Assembly: GCA_030704615.1 (NCBI GenBank)
Contig: CM060732.1
Span: 58,528,001-58,592,000 of the forward strand
Source of the DNA: Takakia lepidozioides
Lineage: Eukaryota > Plantae > Bryophyta
Reading direction: 5' to 3'
Length of the DNA stretch: 64,000 nt
Shown: positions 1-12,814 of the stretch, piece after piece
Position numbering within the stretch: position 1 is the stretch's first letter
Layout of the letters: each line of letters begins with the position of its first letter
Program-made: the position numbers and the translations under genes
The notes under the pieces: model-generated
The model's input: the letters and a program-made list of their open reading frames with translations, nothing else
The model's database searches: none
What the model was told of the DNA's origin: nothing

Positions 1-289
1 TCACTCTAGTAGTAGGACTTACCGTGTTATAAACATTAGTTCAGGCTTTCCAGATTCCTTTTAGAAAGCCCTTCACACAAGCATCAATATGTTGTATGTG
101 GGCTACCAAGCAATGAGACCCCAACAAGGCCACCGCTTTAGACTCAGCCTTGAGATATTGAAAGTTGGTGAACAGAGGTGCAGGGACTATGTTCTTGATG
201 GTCCTGAAGAGGGTCGCTCTCTGATGAGAATACCCCGGACTTGTATCAGAAAATGGACATTGTCTTCAGGCCACCCACACCAGTGAGCA

Positions 290-645
290 TTGACAATCTC
301 CCTTTCCTCTCTGCATCTGTTTATTGTTCAAAGGTAGACTCCCCATCCTGAGGTAAAATTTTCAGTCTAGTGCCAAGGGTAGGTCTGCCCTTCAGATCAT
401 CCTCAAAGTCCTCACCCATGTCACAAACTGGAAACGAGTTCAGGGAAGTTTATGCCTAACATTTTTTGTTCGGACATTCTTCATGCTTTTGACATGGCCT
501 TAGACACTTCAGCCTCCACGTCAGATTCATCTAGCAGGGTGAGTTCTTCCTTCCTAATATTCAGGTATTTATCATAGGGTCGCTGGTATGAGGCATGCGA
601 TTCAGCTGACTGTACCATCTGACCTTGAACTCATCATGTTGAGAG
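290..645 (-). repeat. Dispersed repeat fragment homologous to ~34700-35145 (probable TE accessory ORF remnant)
   Basis: CCCATGTCACAAACTGGAAACGAGTTCAGGGAAG..GCCTAAC and CAGCTGAC..ACCATCTGACCTT.AACTCATC recur with substitutions at ~34830-34876 and ~35105-35138; boundaries approximate. Confidence 0.55.
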
Positions 646-1070
646 GTCAAGGCTGGTACTCCAAACTCGCCCTGAGCAGCCATGTCAGTTGTTCTATAGC
701 TTCTGGGGTCAGGGGAAAGATATGGAGGATGGTTCACAACCTGCATGTGAACACCAAAGCTTGTGTTGTGGTCAATAGCGAGAAGTCTAATTTCTTTGAC
801 ATTGACCAAGGTGTAGCTCAAGGTTGTACCCTCTCCCCGCTGCTCTTCAATGTTTTCGTTTATCAGCCCTTTAAAAATTAGGAAAGCAAGAGATTTGGGT
901 TACAGATGGGTGATGCCGCCATACCAGCACTTATGAAGAGATCAGGCCTTATCAGGCCTTGGAGTACACATCTGCTGTGTGGGTTGGCCAACTCCAATCA
1001 TGCTAAAACTTTAGAATCCATTCAGCTTTTGGTGCTCAAAGAGAGCATGTCAGCGCGTGCACCATAAGAT
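645..1070 (+). pseudogene. LINE reverse transcriptase fragment
   Basis: GVRGKIWRMVHNLH..VVVNSEKSNFFDIDQGVAQGCTLSPLLFNVF matches the LINE RT 'GVxQGxxLSPxLF' motif; truncated and disrupted. Confidence 0.75.
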
Positions 1071-1747
1071 GTCAAGGAAGGAAACCTTTGTAGAAGGAAG
1101 GTGTCGTTCTAGGACAGAGGTTTCCTTAGAGGTTTCTTTCTTTTTTCCTTCCTTGAATAGGCCAGCTCAGGGACATGGTTGACACAGCCCCCAAGAAGCC
1201 TGCTTCACCTTCATGGAAAACACTTCCAGACTCCAAATCAACCTCAAGATGGGTGCTTATTATCCTACAGAACAGCTTGCAAACTGTGGTAAGAAGTGTA
1301 ATGCTACGGTAGTTCCTAGGCTGTCATCTGTGACCTCAAATTGACTCTGACACCCTCTCTCCAGCAAAAGGGTATCATTTCAGTCATCCAAATAAGGTCC
1401 CAGAGGAGTGCAAGGGCATCTACCATATGATCACACCAGGCTTGACAATCATATCAGACACACCAACTTTATAGCCCTTTAGATGTTCTATTGCTTCAGC
1501 AATCTCAGAAGAACTAATGGGCACGTTGTACCCCTTTGTGATGCACTCCAGTTTTTTAGGGTTGTCTTGGATTGTAGACAGTCATTTCCACTGTACCCTT
1601 CCATTCTTTAGAAGACTCCTCACTGTTTATAGGTAGGTCTGACTGACAGGGTCTTCTTGCATAGGCCTTTGGGCTTTGCTTACCCACTAGGTTTGCCATC
1701 CCTAGTAGTATGGTGGTATTGTTTCTCATATTTATGTTGAGCAATGT

Positions 1748-3076
1748 GTGCAGAGTTCAGTAAAAAAAAGGAAGGGAATTGCAGGGAAGGATGCGAACGA
1801 GCATAAGTCTCTTACTCCAGCAAAGTGTGCACCAACTATTGCGCCAACTGTTGTGATGAGTGGCGCGGTTGTTCCAACTTACGAAAAACCAGCCCCGCCC
1901 ACTCCACAGACTGACGTTCCAGCTCCCTTGTATCCACCAGTATCGGCTCCTCCCTCGTATCCGCTTATGTACCCGCAGTATCCTGCCATGTCAGGGTATA
2001 ATCTGCATGGGCACATGCCGTATCCTCACTATCAACCTCCAAACAATGATCCTCAGTGCCAGAATTACAATTCTTTTGCTCCACCTGCAGGCGCTCCAAT
2101 GCATGATCCTAGTCAAGGTGGGTATTCCATTTACCACTATTATGGAATGCATCCCCATAGTATGTATCCTCCTCGGCCTATGTACAACCAACCTACTTCC
2201 TCCCTCTATCCTACCAGCCCTGCAAGACCACACCAGGGGCAGGTCCAGTATGGTGGCCACCAACCTTCAGGATCCAACTACAGTGGAGTACAACAGCCGG
2301 CACCTTCGAGCTTCACTGCACCGCGGCCACCTCTTTATCCAACATCTCCAGGTACACCTAATACCCTGAAAGGGAAAGGCATTCTAAAACAGACCGAGGA
2401 TGCATTTGCTCCGCATCATCCTGTGGGGTGGGAGACAACAGTCCAGCCCCAACAGAGTGAAGGTGGTAACATGCAAGGTACTGCTGAAACCTTGCAGGAT
2501 TCCAGCCTTACTCCTGGGGGGACATCAGGTGTGACTCCTATAGAACGCAAAAATGCTTTAAGGAGGGAAAGAAGGGCACTTGCAAAAGATCTGAGAGACC
2601 AGGCTGCTCAGAATGTGGCTGTAGGGAGGAGGAAATTTTTCATTTCTTGTGATGAACTTGGAAACCCTGAAGGTCCTGCTCGGAACCAGTGGATGACAGC
2701 TCTGCGAGAGCAGTGTCAACGTTTGTTGGACTGGTCATTGTATGCTCAGGATCAACCATTACACTTAATTGAAAAGATCATGGAGATCTTGGCTTCAGAT
2801 TGGGAATACGGACCTCCTGGTCTTAACATAAAGGCTATTACAAAAACAATTTGCGGGCAGCTCAAGTACCAACGAAATAAGCTGTTCAAAAATTACTATA
2901 GTGTGGGGCTGCCCAAACCCCATCATGTGCCAGACAAGACATGGGCACAACTAGTTGTTAGTTGGGGTTCCACTGATTTCAAGAAATTCCAGGCAAATGG
3001 TGTCAAGGCGCGGGGATGTGTGAAGAATACATCTCGATCGGGTCGCAGTGGAATCAGCGGTGTTGTAGCACGACTG
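1748..3076 (+). CDS. CACTA TnpA-like exon: Pro/Tyr-rich region plus Ptta/En/Spm plant-transposase-like domain
   Basis: ORF 1748-3124 contains KPHHVPDKTWAQLVVSWGSTDFKKFQANGVKARGCVKNTSRSGRSGISGVVARL, typical of En/Spm ORF2; putative GT donor at ~3077. Confidence 0.65.
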
Positions 3077-3572
3077 GTATACTTCTCTTACAACATAGGA
3101 AGTTCCCACATTGTTTTGCATTGACAAACTTTATGTGTTGGGTTTTTTGGATGGAGCTCATAGTCTATTCCTATATGGATGGAATTAGTACACATTGTTA
3201 CTACTTGGGGGCCTTCTCAGAGTTGGGCGCCAGCAAGAAACTAAGCACTCTTATTGAGGGGGAGTCATTGACGCTATCCTAGATAATTCTTTACTGTTGG
3301 CAGTGTGCTATGCTAGTCATTTACACTTGCAAGTTTGTTGCAATCACAGGAGAAGGAGACTGGACGTACACCAAGTTTGCAGGAGATCGCCGGTAGCGCC
3401 AGGAGTGACAAAGGCTACGGGTCGGGGTGTACAGGCAGTGCAGCCACAACGGTATATGAACTCAGTACCAATTCTGGTGTGAATTACATATTCGTGATTT
3501 CCATGCCATTGCTAGTTGCCGTTTGGTTCTCTTTTCTTACTAGTTCATCAGTCAGTGTAGTGAATTGTTACT

Positions 3573-4853
3573 TTGGAGGTGTTCTATGTGATGGGGCAGG
3601 GAATTGGTTCACTAGCAGCTCGCCTCGATGCTATGGAAAACAAACAAGTGCAGATGGAAGCCAGCTCCAAGGCAGCTTTGGAAGCAGTCCAAGTCCAACT
3701 GGAGGCAGCAGCTGCATTCAACATTGCGTTTGCAGCTAAACTTGGCATGAATGTGCCAGATTCACAGCCTACAGGTCCACCATGCACCACCTTTGCGCCA
3801 CATCCAACAAATGAGACTATTTCTCATGTTATGGGCTCACCACTCAACCTGTTCAAGGCAGTTTCTTCACCGCCACCAAAGCCAAACACAATAGGCTCAT
3901 TGTTTGGGCTTTCAGAAATGGAGGGGGATGATGACATGGAGGGTTGGTCTGAAGGTGAACTCAATCCATCCCCCCATATTGTTGAGGCAACTGCAAAGTG
4001 TTCATCAGTTTTGTTGTCCCCTACACCAGTAGCACTGCCGACATATATACTACCCTCTCAATATGCCTGTGAGGTCTCCATGAATTTGCAGAGTGCCCCA
4101 CAGAAAGGTGTGTCTTTTGTACATGATAATCATGTACAAGTTGTAGGTAATTGCCCTTCGGCAACTGAGAGGCAGAAACACATCCTTATACTTGACTTGA
4201 ATGGATTGTTATGTGAGAGCAAACTACGAACAAGGGAATACCTAGAGCCCACTGTCACCTCCAGACCTGGGTGTCAGGAGTTTTTGGACCGATGCCTTCA
4301 GATTTTTGATGTAGGTGTATGGTCTTCCATGTCATTGAGTAATGTCCTTCCAGTTGTGAAAGCTTTGTTTCGTGGGAAGCAACCAAAGATGGTGCTTCAC
4401 CAAGACTATTGTGACCAGCCTGTGGGAATGGTGGACCCTTTCAATCCTTCTAAAACTGTCATGTACAAGAACTTATGTAAGTTTTGGAAGGACTACAGCC
4501 ATTACAATCCAACCAATACTTTGCTGGTGGACGATTCCCCACTCACTTGCTTACCCAACCCTGCAAATAATTGCATCTTCCCGTATCCATGGAAGTTGAG
4601 GGATCAGCCAAACTGCAAGAGGCTTATGAAAGAATTACTGCCTTGGTTAGAGGGTGTATCCAAGGCTGCACACATCCCTGAGTATGTGTCAGGGCACCCA
4701 TACAGATATGGGCAGCCCAACTACTTGTTCAATACTGCAGCCATGGGTAGTGGATCACAACAATCTGCAAAGGCATCCGAACCAGGGCTTCCTGCTGCCA
4801 GAGTTCCAACGACTTTGCCTCCCGATGCAACAACAAAGCATAATCAAAGAAAG
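3573..4853 (+). CDS. Exon of the CACTA gene: coiled coil plus FCP1/NIF (HAD-like) phosphatase-homology domain
   Basis: ILILDLNGLL..RPGCQEFLDRCLQIFDVGVWSS..MYKNL..NTLLVDDSP..NCIFPYPW; putative donor AAG/GTGAG at ~4853; exon start approximate. Confidence 0.75.
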
Positions 4854-5452
4854 GTGAGAGCAAAAGTTTCAATGCTTGGGCGCGTGGGTGGATTTGTATT
4901 GTTAATGCTACTTCACAATGTGTGTCATTCGTGCTATTCTCATTTTTTGATCGTTGTGTCATTCAATATACAGATGGTGAAACCAGTGAAGCATTCAATG
5001 GACAGGGAGAGTACAATATGTGCTATCAATCAGACTACAACCACATTGGATCTAACTGAACCATAGGGTGACCAACAAAATCCGCACAGTGTAAGTACTT
5101 CATTTGTGCAATTTTGTTTCCTTGTCTGATGCTGGATCAATACACCTCTTATGTATCGCCACATAGCTGCAGGCCCAACAACCTACAAAGGTAGTTTTGT
5201 GACATCGTCCTACCACATCCATGTTGACCATGCATAACCTGCTACCAACTAGGTATGGCACCGTTCCAGCTTTGATCATGTCAGCATGTAGTATAGAGAC
5301 AAGCAAATGCAATTCGGAATTGGAAGTACTGCAATAGGTAGGGTTGGGGTGTTTGCTGGAAGAACTTCAATGTCATTTTGCAGGAGTGTCAAGCTGTCAG
5401 TCTCTGTTCTCCAGGGTTCATTTCTGATATAGGAATCTGGTTTTTGTTGCAG

Positions 5453-5617
5453 TTTCAGATCGGCGATAAGGTGTTATTGTTTGATCCTTGTGCACCAAAA
5501 AGAAGGGCAGGTGTGGGATATATTGCTGGATTTCCGAAAGCAAATGTGCCAGACAACTATTACCGTATCTATGTGAAATCGGTCATGATTTCAGAGGTTG
5601 TGTTGCAAGTACCGTAG
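5453..5617 (+). CDS. Probable last exon of the CACTA gene (Tnp1/En/Spm-like C-terminal domain)
   Basis: TTGTTGCAG acceptor, then FQIGDKVLLFDPCAPKRRAGVGYIAG..VPDNYYRIYVKSV, similar to En/Spm ORF2 C-termini. Confidence 0.5.
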   Translation, partial: FQIGDKVLLFDPCAPKRRAGVGYIAGFPKANVPDNYYRIYVKSVMISEVVLQVP

Positions 5618-5874
5618 AAAGACCATTAAGATTACTTAGTCAAAATAGTAGTTGAACTAACCAGTCAAAACGGCCGTCAAAATATCCGTCAAAAGAGCCA
5701 CCTAAACCTACTGCCACATCAGGCGCAAGTTTGGTGTGAGATGGTTTTTTTCACAGGACCAAGAAAGTTCACATGTGGTGCAAAGGACTAGGCCAAGGGG
5801 GGGTGTGAACTTGGGCTCTTTCACACCAAAATGTGTGAGAAGAGCCGTTAAAAAAACCGGTTTCTGTATTAGTG

Positions 5875-7740
5875 GAAGGAGATAAAGATGCCGAAAGGTA
5901 ATTGGGCCGCAAGATTCTATCATCTCGGAAAACCAAAAATGTTTCTTGATAGAAATGGAGCTTTGTCGTGAGGTTGGGTATTAACTTCCAAATTATCCTG
6001 ACATGTAGCTCCATGAGCTCCTTTCTAATGAGTTGGTTGCGGTCATGCTTGGATGTGATGTCCACCGGCAATAGTGAAGTAATAGAGAGTCCATGGCGTT
6101 CAAAAAAGGTATCCACACGAGCGTACCAGGATTGTTTGAAACGTGCATTTTTTAGTCTAATAGATGTTGCGAGGGCCCTGGCCACAAGCCCCTTGGGGGG
6201 AAGGGCTTGTAACCTATGCAGGAAAATTGTAAGCCAGAAGAGGGCCTCAGTTTGAAGTGGCACGCAGGCAAATTCTGCATTCAGTATGTGAGATGGAGTT
6301 GTGCCTCTGGCGCAAAGCATTGCTTGGAGGAAAGATGATTGCAATGGTTCCAGATTCTTTTCCCACCAGGAAATGGGGACCCCACGTCCCCAGAATTCAC
6401 AACCAAAAGTGGCATTTGGGGTGACCACGCTATCAAACAGCCACTTCTTGGTCGGTGGATGGCGCAGATGTATCTGTTTGTATTTGGCCTGAAGGTCTAG
6501 GAATGGGAATTAACACAACTCATGTGAAGATTGTGAATACTAGCTTGTGTCTCTAAGATATGGGGCCTTGCCTTTTGTCAATTTGTCCAGGGCAGTTGCT
6601 GCAAACTGGAATTTGGGGGAGTGGATTATAACCAGACCCAGATACCGGTAGGATTTGACTATCTCAACCTCCCGTTTGTTGAGGAAGAATCTGCGGTTAG
6701 CCTGCCCAGTGAAAATCCATGATCTTGGTTTTGCTAAGGTTGACTTGCAGCCCATAGTCTTTGGAGAACTGTTCCAAGATGTGGAGATGGCGTTGTAGGA
6801 AGACAGGAGATTGTGCCAAAAGGGCAACATCATCCGCGTAGAGGAGGTCTGATTGTGTTGGTCCTCCATCCAATGGCACACCAACTCCATGGTTTTTTGA
6901 GATGTAGACTTCCAAGGCGTCAATGTAGATTCCGAACAGAGTAGGTGAGAGGGGGCAGCCCTGTTTGACCCCAATGTTGCTATGGACCTCAGTTGAGAAT
7001 TCCCCCCTACGACATTTAAGCATGCCAGTGACGATCTCATACATAGAGGAAATAACATAGAGAATGTACTAAGGGACTCCCACCCTATGGAGCCGTTGGA
7101 AAAGAAGCTCGCGAGGAACCGAATCAAAAGCCTTGTGAAAGTCAACGAAGCAAACGTAAATCAGTTTTTTGTCAAATGTAGCACGTTCCACCATAACCTG
7201 AAGAGAAAATGTGGTCAAGAGTGGATTTGTTGCGACGGAAACCAACTTGTCCATTTGCACGTGTGAGAGGATTCAGCCCAATCATCCAACTCCATGGCCA
7301 CTACTGCCCCAAACAGCTTAGCAATAACAATGATACCATAATTGTGCAATAGTTGGTCGGTGTGAGCCTGTCACCGTTCTTGAAGAGGGGGTGGATGATG
7401 CTCTTTGTCCACTCTATTGGAAAGCCATGTTGCACTGCCTTGTTGAAGAGGTAAGCTATAAACGGGCCAAAGTGGGTGATGCGTGCTTGATGAATTCACC
7501 CTGTAGCCTTGAAATATCCAATGCCCTGCCATTTTGCAGCTTCTTGATTGCCTTGCTGACGTTGGTTGTAGTAAAGAGAGAAAAGTGTAGGGTTTTAGAG
7601 GTTATGGGAGAGGGAGTTTGGTTTGGGGAATGATACAATGACTGGGCATACTCATGCCAGACGTGAATGTCAGTGATCGCAGGTGGGTCTCTGTGAGGTT
7701 TAAGGAAGGACAAAAAAAAACGAAGAGAAAATCTGACTTT
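5875..7740 (-). pseudogene. LINE ORF2 reverse transcriptase region (frameshifted)
   Basis: YVCFVDFHKAFDSVPR, GVKQGCPLSPTLFGIYID, LLYADDVALL and SYRYLGL motifs spread over several minus frames. Confidence 0.9.
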
Positions 7741-9841
7741 CACTACAAGAGAAACTGGCTTTTTTTACACCTTTTCTTACGCTTGCTATACCTGCAGCTG
7801 TAAGAAAAGCCACTTGCTCACACCCCCCTGGGTGTCAGGTAAAACGTGTTGATTCCGCCACCTTGTCGAAAAAGCCAGTGGTGTCGAAAAAGTCATCTTA
7901 CACCCATCTGCACCCTGACGTGACGCCCGACCTGTCTGACCTTTTTGATATGGTTTTTTTTACACCCGTTGTGACTGATTTTTCTTACATCCAGTTCGAC
8001 TGGATTTTATGACGGCTTATCTTACACCTTGCTTAACAATGTGACGAAATTCAAAATTCAAATTCAAGTTTTAAATATTAAATTTTGGCGGTTCAAAAAT
8101 TCAAAAATTGAAATATACGTTGACCGTTGACGTATACCTTGCCCCATCCCAGGTCAACGATTGACCACACACCATCCCGCACATTACTAGACAATATACA
8201 TTTGAACCTAAGACCTCCTCATTATAGCATCACTAAGTCACTATACACTAACCAATACACATATTACACATTCATGCACAATATAAGTGGTTTGATTGTA
8301 TATAAACATAACAAACTTTGAAATATAAAGAGTGTGACACGTCTAGTCATAGTTATATATATCGTCACAATCATGCAACATGATTTCTCACACATTCGAG
8401 TACTTCACAAGGCCCACAACCTCTCTACAATATTGTCCGAAAAGTGCTAGACTAGGCATGTCCTTGAGGGGGTCACTCCCCGTATTTTCAAAACCACGTG
8501 AGAACAAATATAGGGTGCAATTTATTTTTTTGAGGTAAATTTTAGAAAAGTTTTACTTAAAAAATATGGTAAGGCAATATCTTTTCACCCAATTGTTTAA
8601 AAAAAAATCACAAAATCCGGGATTTTATTTAAAAAGTTAATATAATAAAAAGTTTTATCTACAGTATAATGTATCCATCCTTGTGAAGTTTCTCATATTT
8701 CATCCAGCTCTAATCCATCATGATGAAATCAGGTAGAGGTAACCTGAAGTTCAAATATGATTCCAGTGATACACAGTGGATTCATGTTGATACCATAATC
8801 TCAACAGTGACTATGGCATTTGAACCATCTCAAAACTTGTACTCTTTATATCCAAGTGATATTGCGGCTTTGAATGAGTTCATGGCTAATGAAAATTAAA
8901 CTTTCTCTTGGGTATAGCATTTGACTTATGTTATATGGAATGTACTTGTTTGTGTACATGCTTAGTTTGTAATTATTTAAAATGATAATTTAAAATAGGG
9001 TCTAATTAATTGTGGCAAAAAACAATTACAAAGAAAAATAGGGTGTTAAAAAACAAAGGGTTTTACAATATTACCTAAAGATAGGGTGGAAAAAAATGCA
9101 AAATTTTAAAAATATAGCTTAGTATAAATATACTTTTGTATACACGTAATATGAAAAAAAAATACATATAGTGACCTCCCCGTGGGCATGTCTCTTGCCC
9201 CACCTCTCCCATGTCTCTTGCCCAACACAGATATGAGCTAAATCATCTATACTTGACACCTGTCATTCTCACATATCTACGTGTATTGACAGTGTAACTT
9301 ACTCCACACTGCTCTGAGACAAACCTTGGTCAACACACATAGTCATACAGTTGACATGAGTCTCTTTATCCATGTGTCCTACCTATGTGGTATAATCCAC
9401 ACCAGTGTAAGAATAAGCCCAGTAACTTTTCTCATACCATGTATAATCAGAATGCCACCTTTGAATCCCTTAATCGACGTGTCCAACCAATGTGGCATAC
9501 TCCACACTAGTGTAAGATAAGCCCAGTAACATTTTTCACACCATGTCTAGTCAGCATGCCACATCATATAGTTGACTCCCATTGTGTGGATTAACTTACA
9601 CTATATGGCTCATTCTCACACTGGTGTGAAATAAACCTTGTATACTGTTCGACACCTTCTTGGTCAACGACCATTGACCACAGAAGGTGTGGGCTTGGTG
9701 TAGACTAGTCTACACGAAGCGGATTTTTTTATACTGGCTCAATCTACACCAACAAGATTTTACAAGGATGTAAGATTATGTGTAAGAAAAGCCAGGTGTG
9801 AACTACCCGTGATGTAAAAAAAGCCAGGATCTCTTGTAATG
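7741..9841. mobile_element. Non-autonomous CACTA element inserted in the LINE
   Basis: Left end CACTACAAGAGAAACTGGCTTTTTTTAC, right end GTAAAAAAAGCCAGGATCTCTTGTAATG (imperfect TIR); 3-bp TSD TTT at 7738-7740 and 9842-9844; TTACAC/GTGTAA subterminal repeats; AT-rich, no ORF. Confidence 0.88.
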
Positions 9842-10578
9842 TTTTGCAAGGAAAGTAGATTGCAGCTTGAGAGTGTATGCTCTCTTTTTAGATCTAATGA
9901 GGGACTTATAGTGCTTGAGATCAAGGTTTTTGGAATGTGAAAAAGAATGGATATGTAGGAGTAGAGATTTGATGTGACGTCTAGCCACTTTGCATTCTTC
10001 GTCATAGAAATGTGCATATCTACGAGTGGAGAGGCCGGGTCATAAGGAGGTAGATGGGAGGGTGACTGGAAAGGAACGCAGGGTTGAGTCCCATAGAGCG
10101 TGCGTTAGATGGGTAGCCTTGTCATCAATAGATGGTCGAGCAAAGATGGAGGGGAGGATTGTTCAGCTAGGTAGGTTTCATAATTAGCGTCGTGTAAGTG
10201 AGAGAATGGGGTATTGAAGTGATACGAGGGTGTGAAAGGAGAGAAGCGGAGGAGCCCCTCACAGGGGAGGAGATGGAAGGAAATGCAAAGGAAAGGCAAG
10301 AGTGATCAGAACCTGCGTACCTCGTGATGTAGAAAGTCGAACTGACTCTTGGAGTTGTGTTGGGGCTCTCCAAGAGATAGTCGACGATGCTTTGTCCCTT
10401 GTACGTGTGGCAGGTGAAATGACTAGAGGATTTGAAATTGGTCGTGCCCTTGTAGATGACAAACCCCTAACTCTCACAGAACTTGAGTAGATGGTGACCA
10501 TAGCTTGTAATTTTGCTAGAGACATCCGCGCTTTGCCTCTCCAAGACCATATGTGAGTGTTGGGTGTCCAGAGGGTTC
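9842..10578 (-). pseudogene. LINE ORF2 endonuclease C-terminal part and linker
   Basis: Minus-strand translation GHHLLKFCES..FTCHTYKGQSIVDYLL..GSDH (APE endonuclease motifs). Confidence 0.8.
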
Positions 10579-12243
10579 TGTAGTGTGAATGCAGGGGAGT
10601 GACATTACATTTTGGCTTCACCGTTAAGACCCTGCATCACTATAATGGGAGGGCCCTCATACCAACTGCAAGAGGGATATATCCCTCCATACAGGTAATT
10701 TTGTGGGCATACTGTACTCATGCGTTGCCAAAATAAAAATGGCTAAGTCGTGACCATGCATTTTTCATCCATGCGATGAACGTTTTCGTCATTGATGCTC
10801 AACCTAAAATCCGCGAGGAAGAAAAAACGAAGAGGAAGGTGACGGGCGATTCGTAGCAGCTGCCGCGAGCTGTGGTGTTGACAGGGCAGTCTGTGTTGAG
10901 AGGTTGTACCTGCGCTGTGGGACTTCGCTTGGTTTAGAGGGCAGCATTAAGTGCCTCTGCTTGGTATTCTGTGTAAAGGGAAGCGGTGCCGTCTTTCTCG
11001 TTGTGATGATCAATTCATGGAGATAGGAGCATGTAAGGAGAGCGGCGCACCACCGCTGCCGCCACTGTCTTGAAGATGACAGTTATGGGCAGATGAGCAA
11101 GCAAGGAGAACGGCCACCTGCCAGAAGCACAAGGAAGAGAATCTGAGCACAATCAATGGAGGTGATAAGGCATGTGGAGTGCTAGCTGGATGGCAACACA
11201 GGTTATCTGTAATCAGGCTTCTAGCTGCCTTTTTGTCTTCTTGCTATAGGTCCATTTCAGTTCTTAAAGAGCTACATGCATAGAAGAATAGAGCAATTTA
11301 GTTGGCAAACCACAGGATGCTCCATAGGATGATGAGGAGACATCATGGCATGATAAACTCTGGAATCAAGACAAGGAGAAAAGGTTGTGGTGGCTGCTGA
11401 CAGGCGATGGTGAGGTGCCATCTCGGCAGGCTGACCCACCGCTTCACTGGAGGATAAAAACAGATAAGTTGGTAGACTGTGGGCTTCTTCTTTGGGGTGG
11501 ACTTAGAAATCGCTTTTGGTAGATTTAGGACTGCCCTGGTTGTTGAAAGGAAAGGGTGGAGACATGTGATAGAGGAAAGGTTTTTGGAAATGGAATGGAG
11601 ACTCTGGACTTCAAACCAGAACATGGAAGGAATGGATACACCTGCCGTCGTAGTGTCAGTAAGAAAAATGAGTGAAGAGAGAGAGAGAGAGACTGTTGTC
11701 ACAGAAAACAGAATGGTCACTGTTGTCTTCATTCTTGTTCTTGTTTCAGTGTTGTAAACCTGCACACAATGCTGCGGGGGGGGGTAGTGATACACTGGAC
11801 CCAATGTAGATATAGCTTGTTTGCTTGGACAGATAACTGAGGGTTAGCTGGAACTGTATGAAAACACAAAAGGGATAAGGTGTGATTTCAGCATTGTATC
11901 AGGATATGAACGACTTAAGCCCTTTTGTTGAAAGGAAAGGAGAGATGTTGGGTATTCAGGTTGAATCTGAAGAAGGGATGAGAGCTGTTTTGGGAAATGG
12001 GATCTTTTAAAAGAAAGGGGTAGTGTGAAGGGTTGAGTATTGACGGAGAGAAGAGAGAGAGAGAGAGATAGAGAGACTGATGAAAGGGATGGTTTTGCCT
12101 TGTGAGACCAAGGATGACTTCATGGCTGGCTGCACTGGATGCCTGGCGGAGTGTGCATTTGCATTACGTGATAGATGGGCTGTATGTGAAGAAGTAAGGA
12201 GCCTGTAGACATAGACAGAGATAGAGAAACAGACGAGAAAAGG

Positions 12244-12283
<40 letters not shown>

Positions 12284-12814
12284 GCTGCTCAGCAAAAAGG
12301 GTTGATGGGGGGATGGCCAACTTGGGGAGATTGAGATGAAGAAAGCATGAATCCTGAAGGAAAACCAGTGCCCCTGCAGTTTATGAAGATCTGAGCTGTC
12401 TCCCTCTAAATCTGTGTCACCATTACAAAAAGGGATTTCCGACATGTCACTGCTCAAGGGGGTTCACATTAAGGGTCGTATTCACCGCTGCCATTGGGCT
12501 GCTTGCATCACATAAAAGATCACGCCAACACTGTTGGCGCAGTGAGCATAGGGCCAGGCTGTTGCATAGAAGTAGAACCGAGGGCAAGAACAAACCAAAG
12601 ACTCCCATCCATGTCTTCTCTTCCGCTGCGGCGTGGATGAGGATTCCGCAAACTCTGATCACGAACGAACCTGAAGGAAAAACCCATATAGCCTCATGAC
12701 GATGGTTGGACAGAAAAGAGAACGCTCCTTTCCTTTGCCCTGATACTTCAACAGGGACGAGTAGGAGGAGTACAGATTTAGGATTAACCAGAAGGGGATT
12801 CACGCCCCTTCTTT
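10579..12814 (+). repeat. LTR 1 (~2.24 kb; ends CCCCTTCTTT directly at the PBS, no terminal CA)
   Basis: Near-identical to three downstream copies; contains (GA)n tracts. Confidence 0.9.

Larger units (their letters stand above)
1748..5874 (+). mobile_element. CACTA (En/Spm) element, right-hand part; left end not recognised in window
   Basis: Ends in ..CCGTTAAAAAAACCGGTTTCTGTATTAGTG (5874; reverse complement CACTAATACAGAAACCGG), abutting LINE ORF2; contains TnpA-like exons. Confidence 0.75.

Noticed and set aside
8466-9181. Possible nested MITE (GAGGGGGTCACT..AGTGACCTCCCC) in the small CACTA
   Set aside because: Only a short imperfect inverted match with no convincing TSD.
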